Below, piece by piece: positions 27,301-37,260 of a stretch of 59,013 nt of DNA. Positions within the stretch are counted from its first letter, which is position 1; each line of letters begins with the position of its first letter. A program made the translations under genes and the position numbers. The stretch comes from a virus. The notes under the pieces are model-generated. The model worked only from the letters and a program-made list of their open reading frames with translations, searched no databases and had not been told where the DNA came from. The stretch is taken from UHGV virus genome UHGV-0049545. The stretch is one strand, 5' to 3'.

Positions 27301-30300
27301 TCACCCCAGAATTTGTTTAACGGCCTGTTTGTTGGCCTTGATGAAGTTAAGGACTACTTTACTATTTTCCGGAGCACTTAGCCCAGCGGCGACAACCGAT
27401 GCCGAATCTATCGCATTGATGACCCGGATATCCTGCAGATTAGATGATCCGGAACCACTGCCGCTACCGCTACCCTGGTTCATTATATTATTCGGGTCAT
27501 CTTTGGACAGAATCTGTTCGCCTTTCTGCGCGATGATTGGCACCTCATCTGATTTAAGCCCGGGCAGACCGCCATCATGGAAGCGCGGCGCCCCGACAAA
27601 CAAAGACGGGCTGACGGAGTTTTTCCGCTGCTGGCCGCCCGTCGTTTTGCTGCCGACCATGCCACCGTTGTGTTTAGCCGCTACACCGCCCATGGACGTT
27701 GCTGCTGCACCGATGCCGCCGCCTATCCCCGCCAGGGAGTTCAGTATCATCTGCTGCAGGATCGCCTGCGCAATCTTCATCAGGAAGTCCGCGAAGAACT
27801 TAGTAACTGTAGCGCCGAGACTGCGGAACGCATCGCCGAGGGACATCGTGCCGCTAAGGACTTGGACAAGGCTATCCGTAACCGACTGTAGCCCAGTCGC
27901 CAGCCCATCCAGAACGCCCTGCACCACCGTACTATCCATCTGGGTGAATGTGCCGGTGACGTCATTCAGCCCCGCGCGGATCTGCGCAATTTTGGCCATG
28001 AGCGCCGCATAGTCTTCCGGCGACAACACATTGCGGAACTTCTGCGCCAGCTGGTCCAGGGTATCCGCTGACTGCTGCAGGTTCACGTTCATCGTCGTAT
28101 ACAGCTCGGACGTCTGCTTCACCGCCTCATCTTCGGAGATAATGCCCGCCTGACGCTTGGCGTTAATCTCGTCCAGCAGGTTTTTCTTCGTTTCCTGAAC
28201 CGCATTAAGCTGGTCTTCCACGCGCTTGATTTCTTCCAGCTTCGCCTGCGTGGTGGCGTATTCGAGATTTCGCTTGCGCAGGTCTTCGAACTTGCCCGCC
28301 AGTTCCGCCCCGCCCGAACCGAGTTTGTTCGCCTTGGCGATCAGCTGGTCATACTGCGTATTAACGGCCTGCAGTTTCGCCTGCAGTCGGTCGTCAAACG
28401 AGGCATTCGGGTCGACCTTTGACTGCTTGACGCCAACGGCATCATCCAGTTTTTCATACTGAGAGGTCAGCGCGGCCAGTGCGTTTTCCTCGCGCTTCGC
28501 CGCATTCGCCCTGCCCTTGCTGCCGTTTTCCATGGCGTTATAGGAATCCGTCTCGGCTTTCTTCCGCGCGGCCACAATCGCGTCGAGGCGCTTGATCATC
28601 GCCGCCCCTTCGTTACCGCCGATGCCCTTCGCACGCTGATACTGCGGCGCGAATTCCTCGTCAATGAGTTTCAGCCGGCCGGGAAGGTTTTTACGCTGCA
28701 ATGCTTTCTGCGCGGCAATGCCAGCCTTCTTGGCCTGTTCTTCCATCTTGGCCAGGTCTTTCGTCATGCCTTTGATGTCACGGTCACGCTGGGTGACACC
28801 GGTTTCGGGGTCCGCGGTGAACTGGAATTCAGGGTTCTGGATCGCCTTTATCATCTCGGGCAGTGTGGCGATCTGCCGTTTGATAGCGGCTACCGCCGTC
28901 TGGTTAATACGGATCATGTTGTTGTTCATGTCCGCCCATTTCTTCTCGACGTCATCCCAGACCTTGCCCGTGGACTCCAGGAAGTCGCGGTGTTCTTTCG
29001 TCAGGTCTTCGGCGAGGTTGTCCACCCAGCTCGCCAGTGTTTCTCCGACGCCCGGGATCAGGCGCAATACTTCCGCAATCCAGCCCATGATCATCTTCGT
29101 GGCGTCAGCGAATTGTGTCGTGACCGGGCGCACCCAGCCGATCAGGATGTCGTACAGCATCGTAGGGATTGACTCCCCGACAGCCAGTAGCTGATTGCCC
29201 AGGTTTTTGTAATCCCGGATGACCTCGTCAACGCCCTGCCGGAAGGTCGACGACTGGTCGTACATGATCGACCCGATGTCATACGCGATAAGCGCTGCGC
29301 CGACAAACGGGATAACGCGCAGAAGCCCGCGTAACGCGACGCCAAGGAGTCCGACCGCGCCTTCTGCGGTAGCAAGACCTGTCGCCCATGTCATAAGGCC
29401 CGTATAAACCGCCCGGATAAGCGTCACGCCCCCTTTCAGCACAGGCAACATTGTACGGATAGACCCGACTAACCCCAGGACCATCCGCGTTATTTTAAGG
29501 CCGGCCAGAACGCCGAGCACCGTGATAACCGTGTCCAGGTTGTCAATCAGGTAGACCAGTGTATCGGCCACGGTGCTAAATGCTGCCCCCAGTTTTACCG
29601 CGGCCTCCTGTCCGTCCGGGCTGTTAAGGAAGTCCGTGACCTTCTGCAGCAGGTTGACGTAGGCGTCGATATATCCTGAGTCCGCTAACGCCAGCTGGAA
29701 CATCGTCATGGCGTTACGGGTACGCGCTTCCATTGCGTCTACGCCTTTGCTTGCGGTTTCCAGTTGGGCATCAATAGCCTTGGCTTGTTCACGGGCGAAG
29801 TTGATAACCGCTTCACCTGAAACCTCGCCGTTTTCCATCGCCTTCATCAGCTGCGCCGTGGTCATGTTCATACCTTTTGCGAACAGCGCCACCGCCCCGG
29901 GTAAACGTTCGCCCAGCTGGCCGCGCAGTTCTTCGGCGTAAACCTGCCCTTTCGACAGCATCTGTTCCAGTGCGCGGAAAATACCGTTCATGTCATCCGC
30001 GGAGAGGTGGAAAACACGACCGGCTTTCGCCACGCTTTCGAATATGAATTTTGAGTCCTGCAACGACAGACCGACGGCTTTCGCCGCTACCGCGAACCGG
30101 GTATACGAGTTCGATACCACGCCGATATCAATGCCCAGTTTGTCCGACAGCCCTAGCATATATCGCCATTCGTCGTTAAGGGCCGCCTGGCTTTCCCCAA
30201 CAACGGTGGAGATCTTAACCAGGGCTTGCTGGCGCATCTTATACGCATTCACCGCACCGGACGCCTGATTAAGTGCGCCCTGCACACCAACATATGCCGT

Positions 30301-31614
30301 GGCCAGCCCCCGGACCTCGCCGCGGATACGCTGCAGCATTGATAACGTGGTTCGTCCCTCATCGCGGAAAAGAGAGAAGGCTTTTGAACCGTCGCGCGTG
30401 GCACCCGCGTTATTCCGCAATGCTTGCGTTAGGGAGTTTATAGAACTGGTGGTCTGACGGCTCGTAGAAATCAACGCTTGTTCTGCGCTGTTCAAATTAC
30501 GGGTATCAATGCCCGCCGCCCGCAAAGCCGATTGTGTCGTACGCGCAGCGGTCCCGGTATCCCGCAATGACCGGGCGGCCGCCGCAAGTCTCTGCTGTGC
30601 CGCCTGCATCCGGACCGACAATTCGCCGGTGTCCGTTGTAGCAGTTCGCATCTGCTGCGCTAAACCCTGTACCGCCCCCATTGCTGTGCGGTATTCCGCC
30701 CGCGCTGCCCGGATCGCTGCCACCTGCTGACGGTACATATCGATCTGCTGCGCCATGGCCGAAACGCTCTTATTCGCGTCATTCAGCTGGCGGATCTTAC
30801 CTGTGATATCGGTAATCTTTTTGCCGCTATTCGCTATCTCCGTCGCAAGGGTTGTCACCTGCTGCTGCAGGCCAGACAGCGTCCGGCGCGCAGCGTCTGA
30901 CGGGCTTACGATTTGCTGGATTTGCGACGCCAGCGGCCCCATCTGCGATGTGGTGGTCTGTACGACCCGGCCAAGGGTTGAATACCCTTTTGCCGCCGCC
31001 AGTGCCTGCTGCGCTTGCTGCTGCAGACCCTGTATGACTTTATTTTGGGCTGCCGCCGCAGGCGCGGTGGCGATGATGTTTTCCTGCTGCTGCAGTACCT
31101 TGTTAACGCTCGCCACGCTGTTAACGATACTGGACTGCGCGGCACCGAGATTTTTTGTCTCAATGCCGTATCGCTGCAGTTCTTTGGTAGTCCGGCTCAC
31201 CTGCGCCGCCCGCGACGCCTCGGTGCGCTCTGCACGCTCTACCTGCCGGTTAACACGGGCGAGTTCGGCTTCCTGTTTTTTCGTTACCTTCGCGGCGGAG
31301 TCATACGCTTGCTGCAGCTGCGCCTGCTTGGCCCGCAAGGCTTCCGTCTTTTGCGCCGCTTCAACCATCGTGGCATTCTGGCGTTTGTACAGCTCCACAA
31401 GGGCATTCAGCTTTAACAGCTGCTGCCCGGCCTGCTCAAGTTTTTTGTACGAGGCTTCCAGCTGACGCGTCGAGACTTCGCCCCGTTCTGCCGCTTTACG
31501 CTGGTCGTCCTGCGCCTTCGCCATTGCTTCAATCGCGGAGGCCACGGCTTTAAGGGGTTTCTGGCTGAAATCCCTCGCCCGGATCCTTAGTTCGACGTCT
31601 TTGCTGTTAGCCAT
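27301..31614 (-). CDS. tail tape measure protein (1437 aa)
   Basis: Size, A/Q/L-rich coiled-coil composition with a G-rich hydrophobic centre, position after G/GT. Confidence 0.8.
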   Translation of the reverse strand: MANSKDVELRIRARDFSQKPLKAVASAIEAMAKAQDDQRKAAERGEVSTRQLEASYKKLEQAGQQLLKLNALVELYKRQNATMVEAAQKTEALRAKQAQLQQAYDSAAKVTKKQEAELARVNRQVERAERTEASRAAQVSRTTKELQRYGIETKNLGAAQSSIVNSVASVNKVLQQQENIIATAPAAAAQNKVIQGLQQQAQQALAAAKGYSTLGRVVQTTTSQMGPLASQIQQIVSPSDAARRTLSGLQQQVTTLATEIANSGKKITDITGKIRQLNDANKSVSAMAQQIDMYRQQVAAIRAARAEYRTAMGAVQGLAQQMRTATTDTGELSVRMQAAQQRLAAAARSLRDTGTAARTTQSALRAAGIDTRNLNSAEQALISTSRQTTSSINSLTQALRNNAGATRDGSKAFSLFRDEGRTTLSMLQRIRGEVRGLATAYVGVQGALNQASGAVNAYKMRQQALVKISTVVGESQAALNDEWRYMLGLSDKLGIDIGVVSNSYTRFAVAAKAVGLSLQDSKFIFESVAKAGRVFHLSADDMNGIFRALEQMLSKGQVYAEELRGQLGERLPGAVALFAKGMNMTTAQLMKAMENGEVSGEAVINFAREQAKAIDAQLETASKGVDAMEARTRNAMTMFQLALADSGYIDAYVNLLQKVTDFLNSPDGQEAAVKLGAAFSTVADTLVYLIDNLDTVITVLGVLAGLKITRMVLGLVGSIRTMLPVLKGGVTLIRAVYTGLMTWATGLATAEGAVGLLGVALRGLLRVIPFVGAALIAYDIGSIMYDQSSTFRQGVDEVIRDYKNLGNQLLAVGESIPTMLYDILIGWVRPVTTQFADATKMIMGWIAEVLRLIPGVGETLASWVDNLAEDLTKEHRDFLESTGKVWDDVEKKWADMNNNMIRINQTAVAAIKRQIATLPEMIKAIQNPEFQFTADPETGVTQRDRDIKGMTKDLAKMEEQAKKAGIAAQKALQRKNLPGRLKLIDEEFAPQYQRAKGIGGNEGAAMIKRLDAIVAARKKAETDSYNAMENGSKGRANAAKREENALAALTSQYEKLDDAVGVKQSKVDPNASFDDRLQAKLQAVNTQYDQLIAKANKLGSGGAELAGKFEDLRKRNLEYATTQAKLEEIKRVEDQLNAVQETKKNLLDEINAKRQAGIISEDEAVKQTSELYTTMNVNLQQSADTLDQLAQKFRNVLSPEDYAALMAKIAQIRAGLNDVTGTFTQMDSTVVQGVLDGLATGLQSVTDSLVQVLSGTMSLGDAFRSLGATVTKFFADFLMKIAQAILQQMILNSLAGIGGGIGAAATSMGGVAAKHNGGMVGSKTTGGQQRKNSVSPSLFVGAPRFHDGGLPGLKSDEVPIIAQKGEQILSKDDPNNIMNQGSGSGSGSGSSNLQDIRVINAIDSASVVAAGLSAPENSKVVLNFIKANKQAVKQILG

Positions 31615-32304
31615 CGCTCAAGCCCTTAATCAGTTTTTTGTAGTGCGGGCCACCTTTCTTCCCGTTCATGACGGAGGCCAGTAGCGCCTGCAGTAACGTG
31701 CTTTCCGTCACCAGGTGCATATTCACACGGCGCCGGGCAATCTTGATTTCAGACCACAGGTACCCCAGCGGGTAACGGCGTGCGTCTGGGTGTCCCTGAG
31801 ACATCAGGAAGGACACGCCTTCCCGCAGCTCATTGTGAAACCGGATTACTTTTTCCCTTTTGCTGTAGACGCGGGTGTCCGGCTTGCCTTTGTCTCCCTC
31901 ATCAGGTCCATGGCCTTTCGTAGCATCTTTTTTATATCTTCAACGTCCGAGAAGGTCAGGCGGCCAACGGCTTTCAGCGCGTCAATCTGGGCGGTCAGCG
32001 GCAGGCGCTGGGCTTTCTCCAGGTTGGCTTCGTCATCCGCCGCCAGCGCGATAATGTGGGCTACCAGGCCGGGAGCATCGTTAATCAGGCCCATGGCGAA
32101 TTTGCCCATGGCCACGTAGGAAAGGTCGCTGCCGCCGTGGGTTTCATAGAGGTCGAAGAGCCCTTCCAGGTCGTCATAGTGAACGCGGACGATCTTCGAA
32201 ATGTCCTGGAAGGACAGGCCGCGGACCTCGAATGTCATATCGCCTTTTTTAGCGCGCTTAATGGTGATCTCTTCGGTATCCGGGGTGAAATCTGACAGTG
32301 ACAT
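31607..32304 (-). CDS. G-T fusion chaperone made by a -1 programmed frameshift near 31849-31861
   Basis: The -1 frame is open across the G stop and continues to 31607 (+81 codons), overlapping the tape measure start, as in lambda G/GT. Confidence 0.5.
31846..32304 (-). CDS. tail assembly chaperone G-like
   Basis: 152 aa between the major tail and tape measure genes; ends ...AKGKK on a slippery run. Confidence 0.65.
   Translation of the reverse strand: MSLSDFTPDTEEITIKRAKKGDMTFEVRGLSFQDISKIVRVHYDDLEGLFDLYETHGGSDLSYVAMGKFAMGLINDAPGLVAHIIALAADDEANLEKAQRLPLTAQIDALKAVGRLTFSDVEDIKKMLRKAMDLMRETKASRTPASTAKGKK
31849..31861 (-). other. Candidate -1 slippery sequence AAAAGGGAAAAAG (mRNA sense) at the last codons of G
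   Basis: Codons gca-aaa-ggg-aaa-aag-taa read directly. Confidence 0.5.
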
Positions 32305-32350
32305 GGGGTTTATCCTCTTCGTTGGTTGACGTCGTTAATGTAGCACGTCA

Positions 32351-32388
32351 GCAGAAAAGCATAAAAGAAAAGCGCCCGTAGGCGCTTT
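32351..32388 (-). terminator. Leftward partial terminator after the major tail protein gene (AAAGCGCC-cgta-GGCGCTTT then UCUUUUAUGCUUUUCU in the mRNA)
   Basis: 8-bp stem plus a U-rich tract on the minus strand. Confidence 0.55.
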
Positions 32389-32410
32389 CCGGTGTGACTG
32401 CGGTCTGCTC

Positions 32411-33550
32411 TTACGAGAAGGTCGCGGTTTGCGATACTGCGGACTTGCCGTTCGCCAGCGTTGCGGTAACTTTGGCGGTGCCGGCCGTCGCGCGGTTCAG
32501 CGTGGTGGTCGCCAGGCCGGTGCTCGCGGTAGACGCGCTCGCCGGGGTAACGGTAGCGCCTGTGTCCGTGGTGAAGTTCACGGTTTCGCCCTGAACCACG
32601 GTCCCGTTGCCGTCACGAACCGTAGCGGTAGCCACGATACCAGCGCCGCCGGACGCTGCCGAAGTGCTCGCCAGTGACACAGACACGGTACGCAGCGTCG
32701 CCGGGTCAACGGTTGCCGCGGACGGCAGCACGTCAATGTACAGGCGCTGGGTGATGTTGTTCAGCTGCAGCGCTTCGAACGAGAACGACATCACGTTCCA
32801 GTCGTCGCCTTTCAGTGCGTAATCCCCGTCCGGGCGCAGCGCCACTTTCGGGAAGTAGTAGTTTTTGTTGGTACCGACCGGGTTATCCGCGATGTAACGC
32901 AGGGCGCCGTAAATCTGATTGGTCTTGCCGATCACCATGTTGCGGTTCTGCGCAGCGATATCACACTGGATGATCATCTGCTTGTTGCCCGCGAACTCGG
33001 TGGAGTCCGGCTCGATGTAGATCCGGCCCTGCGCCAGGTCCAGCTCGTAGTTGCCAGCGGCGGTGACTACGGTCACGCCCGGCAGGGTGCTAATGTCACC
33101 TACGCCCGGGACGATTTCAGCGTCGCCATCCGCCACGCCCACCACAACGTTATCCACGTTGAACAGGCCCGTCGGGGTGTCGTCGCTGGTACCGATCTGG
33201 TAATACTTGCCACGCAGTACCGGCTTGAACACTTCCTTGACGCCGGTCTGGTCGGTCAGGGTCATGTTCACCAGGTCGCCAAGGAACCACAGCGCCAGGT
33301 TCTCTGCCGCGATGTTGTCGCAGGTGAAAGTCCCGGTCATGCCGGCTTCCAGCAGGACGGAGGCGTCTTTTACGCGCAGGCCGTAATCCGACGCATAGTG
33401 GTCCAGGTTTTCCGTATCCGTGGTGATCGTGAATTCCGGGCCGTTGCCGAAGTACATTTCGCCAGTCTTGCGGTTAGAGTTCGGCAAGAACTTATCGAAA
33501 TAGGTTTTCCCACGTCCGATCGTATAGTCGTTCTGGAAATCGCTTTGCAT
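32411..33550 (-). CDS. major tail protein (V-like) with C-terminal Ig-like domain
   Basis: Position; the C-terminal ~100 aa is a T/A/S/G-rich beta sandwich (Big_2-like), as in lambda gpV. Confidence 0.7.
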   Translation of the reverse strand: MQSDFQNDYTIGRGKTYFDKFLPNSNRKTGEMYFGNGPEFTITTDTENLDHYASDYGLRVKDASVLLEAGMTGTFTCDNIAAENLALWFLGDLVNMTLTDQTGVKEVFKPVLRGKYYQIGTSDDTPTGLFNVDNVVVGVADGDAEIVPGVGDISTLPGVTVVTAAGNYELDLAQGRIYIEPDSTEFAGNKQMIIQCDIAAQNRNMVIGKTNQIYGALRYIADNPVGTNKNYYFPKVALRPDGDYALKGDDWNVMSFSFEALQLNNITQRLYIDVLPSAATVDPATLRTVSVSLASTSAASGGAGIVATATVRDGNGTVVQGETVNFTTDTGATVTPASASTASTGLATTTLNRATAGTAKVTATLANGKSAVSQTATFS

Positions 33551-33563
33551 CTTTCATCTCCTG

Positions 33564-34067
33564 TTAGGGATTCCGAATATCTACTTTTAGTCCTACCCTA
33601 ATAGGCAGGAAGAAAAACGCCGTGTCCGATAGTCCTTCCTCGGGCGGACGAACAACCGGCTGTGCGAGTGTCAGTGTAGCAATCATTCCCTTCAACCGAT
33701 AGACCCCCGGGAATTCCGGGTTTCCGTTTTCATCCTTCGAGATGAGCATTGACAGCCGCTTTTCCACGACGGCCACGATGTCGTAGATCGGGTCCGTTGG
33801 ATTGCGCGCGTCGTCTGCGCACCACCCCTGAACCAGCAGCACCCAGTCATCCATCCGGACGGTCTGTTCCTCGTTAGCGAATTTCCCGTAGTCGGTTGCT
33901 TTCGCTTCCAGAATAGACAGGAATGGCATCTTTGCCACGTATTCCGCGCCGAATCGGTCCCGACCGCGGTACACCTTTCCCCGGAAGTCATACGGATACC
34001 CGTTATCCGGGGAAATGCCTTCCAGGAAATCCGTTAATGCTTTCAGCACATCGAGGCGCTTACTCAT
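33564..34067 (-). CDS. tail terminator (U-like)
   Basis: Gene order only. Confidence 0.4.
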   Translation of the reverse strand: MSKRLDVLKALTDFLEGISPDNGYPYDFRGKVYRGRDRFGAEYVAKMPFLSILEAKATDYGKFANEEQTVRMDDWVLLVQGWCADDARNPTDPIYDIVAVVEKRLSMLISKDENGNPEFPGVYRLKGMIATLTLAQPVVRPPEEGLSDTAFFFLPIRVGLKVDIRNP

Positions 34068-34684
34068 GATAACCTCTCGAAATTACGGAAAAACTCCGTC
34101 GCCACCATGTCAGCAATTTGCGGCCCGACCTTCTCGGCCACCTCCGAGAATACCTGGTCTACCGAAGGGCCATACAGCAACGCTACCTTGCCCGGGACCA
34201 GCCATGATTTATGCTGCGTCCGTTTATTCGATAACGACTCCCCGGCGGAAAGTCTTACGGCAAGGCCGATGTTGTAGTTGTCTTCGGAAAGGCTGGCGCC
34301 TTTTTTCAGCCTGACGAGAAAAGCGTTTTTCAGGTACGTGGTCTTACCACGCTTCACCCGAACAGACACCCCTTCCTTTCGCCGGCTGTTCACGACGCTG
34401 TTACTCGTCACGAACCGGGCCAGGGAGGTTGCCCGTTTACGTCCGGTGATGGTGGCTTCGAGGTTGGTTCTGGTGGCGCGCTTGGTGACTTTCAGGCGGT
34501 CGGGGTTGAGATACCCGGATGGGAAGGCCACCTCGTTCAGCATGTTTTTCTTGACCAACGACATGCCGGTGCGCGATGCGACGGTGTTGATGGCCATCTG
34601 CATCGCCAGTTCGGTTATTTCCGGAAGCCGCTTGAGGTAATCACGCAGCTCCAGGTCGCCCACGGAAATAACGTTAACGGCCAT
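34064..34684 (-). CDS. tail completion (Z-like)
   Basis: Gene order only. Confidence 0.4.
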   Translation of the reverse strand: MAVNVISVGDLELRDYLKRLPEITELAMQMAINTVASRTGMSLVKKNMLNEVAFPSGYLNPDRLKVTKRATRTNLEATITGRKRATSLARFVTSNSVVNSRRKEGVSVRVKRGKTTYLKNAFLVRLKKGASLSEDNYNIGLAVRLSAGESLSNKRTQHKSWLVPGKVALLYGPSVDQVFSEVAEKVGPQIADMVATEFFRNFERLS

Positions 34685-35049
34685 CAGTTCTTCCTCGACA
34701 CCTGCCAGATCACTTCGACCGGACCGGCAATCGGTTCCTGCGTCTGCAGCACCAGGCCAACGTTGCCGTATCCTTCCGCCGTGATGATAATCACGTCACC
34801 GCCTTCCAGCGTGACGCCTTTCGCCTGCAGCTCGTCCTGCATAAAAACGATTCGCTCGATGCCATCGATAATCTGGGCGTAACCGCCGCTATCCAGATCG
34901 CCGACCAGCTGCATCTTGTTGTGCCAGCGAACGCTAAGACCGTCGACGATGACTTCCTGCGAATAGCTTTCATACCGCGCAGATACAGACAGGGACGCGT
35001 GAACGTCCCTGCGTGCCTTCGCTTTGATTGCCGCGAAGTTAGAGGCCAT
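34684..35049 (-). CDS. head-tail joining (FII-like)
   Basis: ATG 35049 behind AGAGGT; the longer ORF would overlap the upstream gene. Confidence 0.4.
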   Translation of the reverse strand: MASNFAAIKAKARRDVHASLSVSARYESYSQEVIVDGLSVRWHNKMQLVGDLDSGGYAQIIDGIERIVFMQDELQAKGVTLEGGDVIIITAEGYGNVGLVLQTQEPIAGPVEVIWQVSRKN

Positions 35050-35050
35050 A

Positions 35051-35320
35051 TCAGACCTCTTCGTCCGCTGCGCCAGCCTTACCGCCTTTTTTGGTGGTGG
35101 CCTTCGCGTCAGACTTTTCTTCCTGCGCAGGCGCTTTTTCTTTCGCCGCCTGGTCTTCCGCATCGACTTCGATGATCGGACGGTCAAGGGCGCCCGGGTT
35201 CATGCTGTTAATGGCGTCCAGCTCTTTCTGGGTGAAGTTGAAGATTTCACCGATCGCCGGGCGGATACGCTGGCCGTCGCGGAAAACGATGACCGTCTGG
35301 ACTACTTTACGTTGTGGCAT
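35051..35320 (-). CDS. hypothetical head-module protein in the lambda FI position, C-terminus ...AADEEV
   Basis: ORF. Confidence 0.4.
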   Translation of the reverse strand: MPQRKVVQTVIVFRDGQRIRPAIGEIFNFTQKELDAINSMNPGALDRPIIEVDAEDQAAKEKAPAQEEKSDAKATTKKGGKAGAADEEV

Positions 35321-35330
35321 AATCTCTGTC

Positions 35331-35361
35331 CTTTAAATTGGCCCGCCATTATTGACGGGCC
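35331..35361 (-). terminator. Leftward hairpin (GGCCCG-N10-CGGGCC + AAUUUAAA) after the major capsid gene
   Basis: 6-bp GC stem; weak U tract. Confidence 0.4.
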
Positions 35362-35370
35362 TGCAGGTGG

Positions 35371-36435
35371 TTACGGAACGACGGTCAGCAGGAACGACGC
35401 ATTCGGGTCTGCCGGGACCATCAGCGGTGCGCCCTGAGTCATCAGGTATTCCACGCTCGGATCCTCTTCTTCCCACATTTTCGGGAAGTATTCCAGCGCC
35501 CGATAGCCGGCCGCTTTATCCATGATTGCACCGAAGCACTTAACGCCTTCGATCGCAGACGAGATGCCCATGATGGCCTTCTGGTTCATCAGGTACTGTT
35601 CCTGATTTTTCCAGTCGCGGAATTTCTGAGTATTAACCCAGAAACGCATACGGCCGGCTCCGTTGATACCTACCAGTTCACCCATGAGCTGAACGCCTTC
35701 GACATCGTCCCACAGACGGGTCAGGTTAGAGTCGGAACCTCGGATATTGCCATCCATCAGGCCGTCTTTGCCCCACAGGTCTGCGCCGCCGACTTTAACG
35801 AACTGGTCCCATGCGTCGCCGCCGAACACGTAATCGCGGATCACCGTGCCGGAAAGGGACTTATCGGACACCAGGCGCTGACCATCGCGCAGGTCGGCGA
35901 TCATGTCCATCAGGGTAACGCCGGGGGCGGTCCAGTCGGAAGTCATGGTCAGCGCCGCATCACGGCCAAAGTCTACGCGGGTTTTCGGGTAATCCTGCCC
36001 TTCCACGTCAACATAGCCGTACTGCGCAGCCTGCGCGGCCATCCACTCCCAGGTGTTTTCATGCATCGCGCGGTGCTTCATCAGCAGGAATGCGATAACG
36101 CGGTCACGACGCTGCTCGTTAGAGAGGCTACCGGTACCGAGCGCTTCGCCTGGTTGACGCGGAACAACCATGTTCGGGTCGATGACGTGCTTCGGTTTCA
36201 CGTAAGCCGGTTTGAAGGTCTTGGTGTTGTAACCCTGTTCCTTGATCACACGGCCTTGCGCGGTAGGTGCGACAAACGGCGCGACGCGGGTAACGTCCTG
36301 GATGACCTTATCAAACGCGATCTGGTCTTCCTCGAAGTTAATCTGGCGCGGGAACCACTGCAGGAAGAACGCCGGCAGGGACTTAACCTTGCGTTGCACT
36401 CCCATCAGGACGGTAGTTTCGTACAATCCAGCCAT
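35371..36435 (-). CDS. major capsid protein (lambda E-like)
   Basis: 354 aa; sits after the decoration-protein gene in lambda order. Confidence 0.7.
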   Translation of the reverse strand: MAGLYETTVLMGVQRKVKSLPAFFLQWFPRQINFEEDQIAFDKVIQDVTRVAPFVAPTAQGRVIKEQGYNTKTFKPAYVKPKHVIDPNMVVPRQPGEALGTGSLSNEQRRDRVIAFLLMKHRAMHENTWEWMAAQAAQYGYVDVEGQDYPKTRVDFGRDAALTMTSDWTAPGVTLMDMIADLRDGQRLVSDKSLSGTVIRDYVFGGDAWDQFVKVGGADLWGKDGLMDGNIRGSDSNLTRLWDDVEGVQLMGELVGINGAGRMRFWVNTQKFRDWKNQEQYLMNQKAIMGISSAIEGVKCFGAIMDKAAGYRALEYFPKMWEEEDPSVEYLMTQGAPLMVPADPNASFLLTVVP

Positions 36436-36447
36436 TTCTGCTGCTCC

Positions 36448-36837
36448 TTAGTACAGGTTGCCGATGTGGATGTTCGTACGTTCGAACACCGCCTGACGTT
36501 TCAGCAGAGTGTCGACTGCTGCCGGCCATACGAGTGCTTCGTGGTTGAACACACCACCGATGTAATACGGTGCGTAGGTTCCCACGACACCAGCTTCGTT
36601 AGCGATACCGATGGCCGTCGCTTCCGGGGCGTCCGGAGTGGTCGGGTCAAACGGTACCAGTTTGCCAGCTGCGTTTTTGGCGATGACCTGATAACGCGCA
36701 AACGCGACTGCGACTTCACCGCCGTCGGTTACGATATCAGCTTCACCAGCAAACAGCTGAGTGGGTTCCCACGAACCGAGGTCGCCGTTGCCAGCGAGAT
36801 AGTTCGGGAGGCTTGCCATCAGGGAGATCAAAGACAT
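36448..36837 (-). CDS. head decoration protein (D-like)
   Basis: 129 aa immediately upstream of the capsid gene. Confidence 0.55.
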   Translation of the reverse strand: MSLISLMASLPNYLAGNGDLGSWEPTQLFAGEADIVTDGGEVAVAFARYQVIAKNAAGKLVPFDPTTPDAPEATAIGIANEAGVVGTYAPYYIGGVFNHEALVWPAAVDTLLKRQAVFERTNIHIGNLY

Positions 36838-36849
36838 GTTAGTCGCCTC

Positions 36850-37260
36850 TTACTTAGTGAACGAGTCGCCAGCTACAGCGGCCATCGCAGCCATCAGGCC
36901 ATCACCTTTGCCGGGTTCAGCCTGCTGTTCGTTTTCCGCACCCATATTCGGGTGGTCGGCGTTATCCATCACCGTCTTGAACGGGCTGTCCGCCCCTTTT
37001 TCCGGCTGATTGGTGGCCGCCGCTGGTGCCGGAGCCTGCTCGACTGCAGAAGCGCCCAGCATGGTTTCAGCATCGGCAACACTCATTGCGGTATTGAACG
37101 CAATATGTGACGCCAGCTTTGAACGGCCTTTCGCCGCTTCGCATCCCAGAATACCGGAAATGCGATTACGTTCCGCCGTAGTCGCTGCCGCGGTCGCCGT
37201 GGCCGTTGCTTCGGCTGCTGCATCTTGACGGGCAGCGTCCATTTGTTCTTGGGTAAACAT
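36850..37260 (-). CDS. nested in-frame scaffold gene (Nu3-like, 136 aa) from internal ATG 37260 with AGGAG SD
   Basis: Internal Met311 is preceded by AGGAGCAAACGCG; the C-terminal domain is helical and A/Q/E-rich. Confidence 0.4.
   Translation of the reverse strand: MFTQEQMDAARQDAAAEATATATAAATTAERNRISGILGCEAAKGRSKLASHIAFNTAMSVADAETMLGASAVEQAPAPAAATNQPEKGADSPFKTVMDNADHPNMGAENEQQAEPGKGDGLMAAMAAVAGDSFTK

Noticed and set aside
27483-31465. Long antisense or alternative-frame ORFs inside the tape measure gene (e.g. 30755..31465 +, 28664..29194 +) and inside the 929-aa gene
   Set aside because: These are shadow ORFs from the A/Q/L-rich repetitive coding sequence on the opposite strand. They are C/S/A-rich low complexity without starts or SDs.
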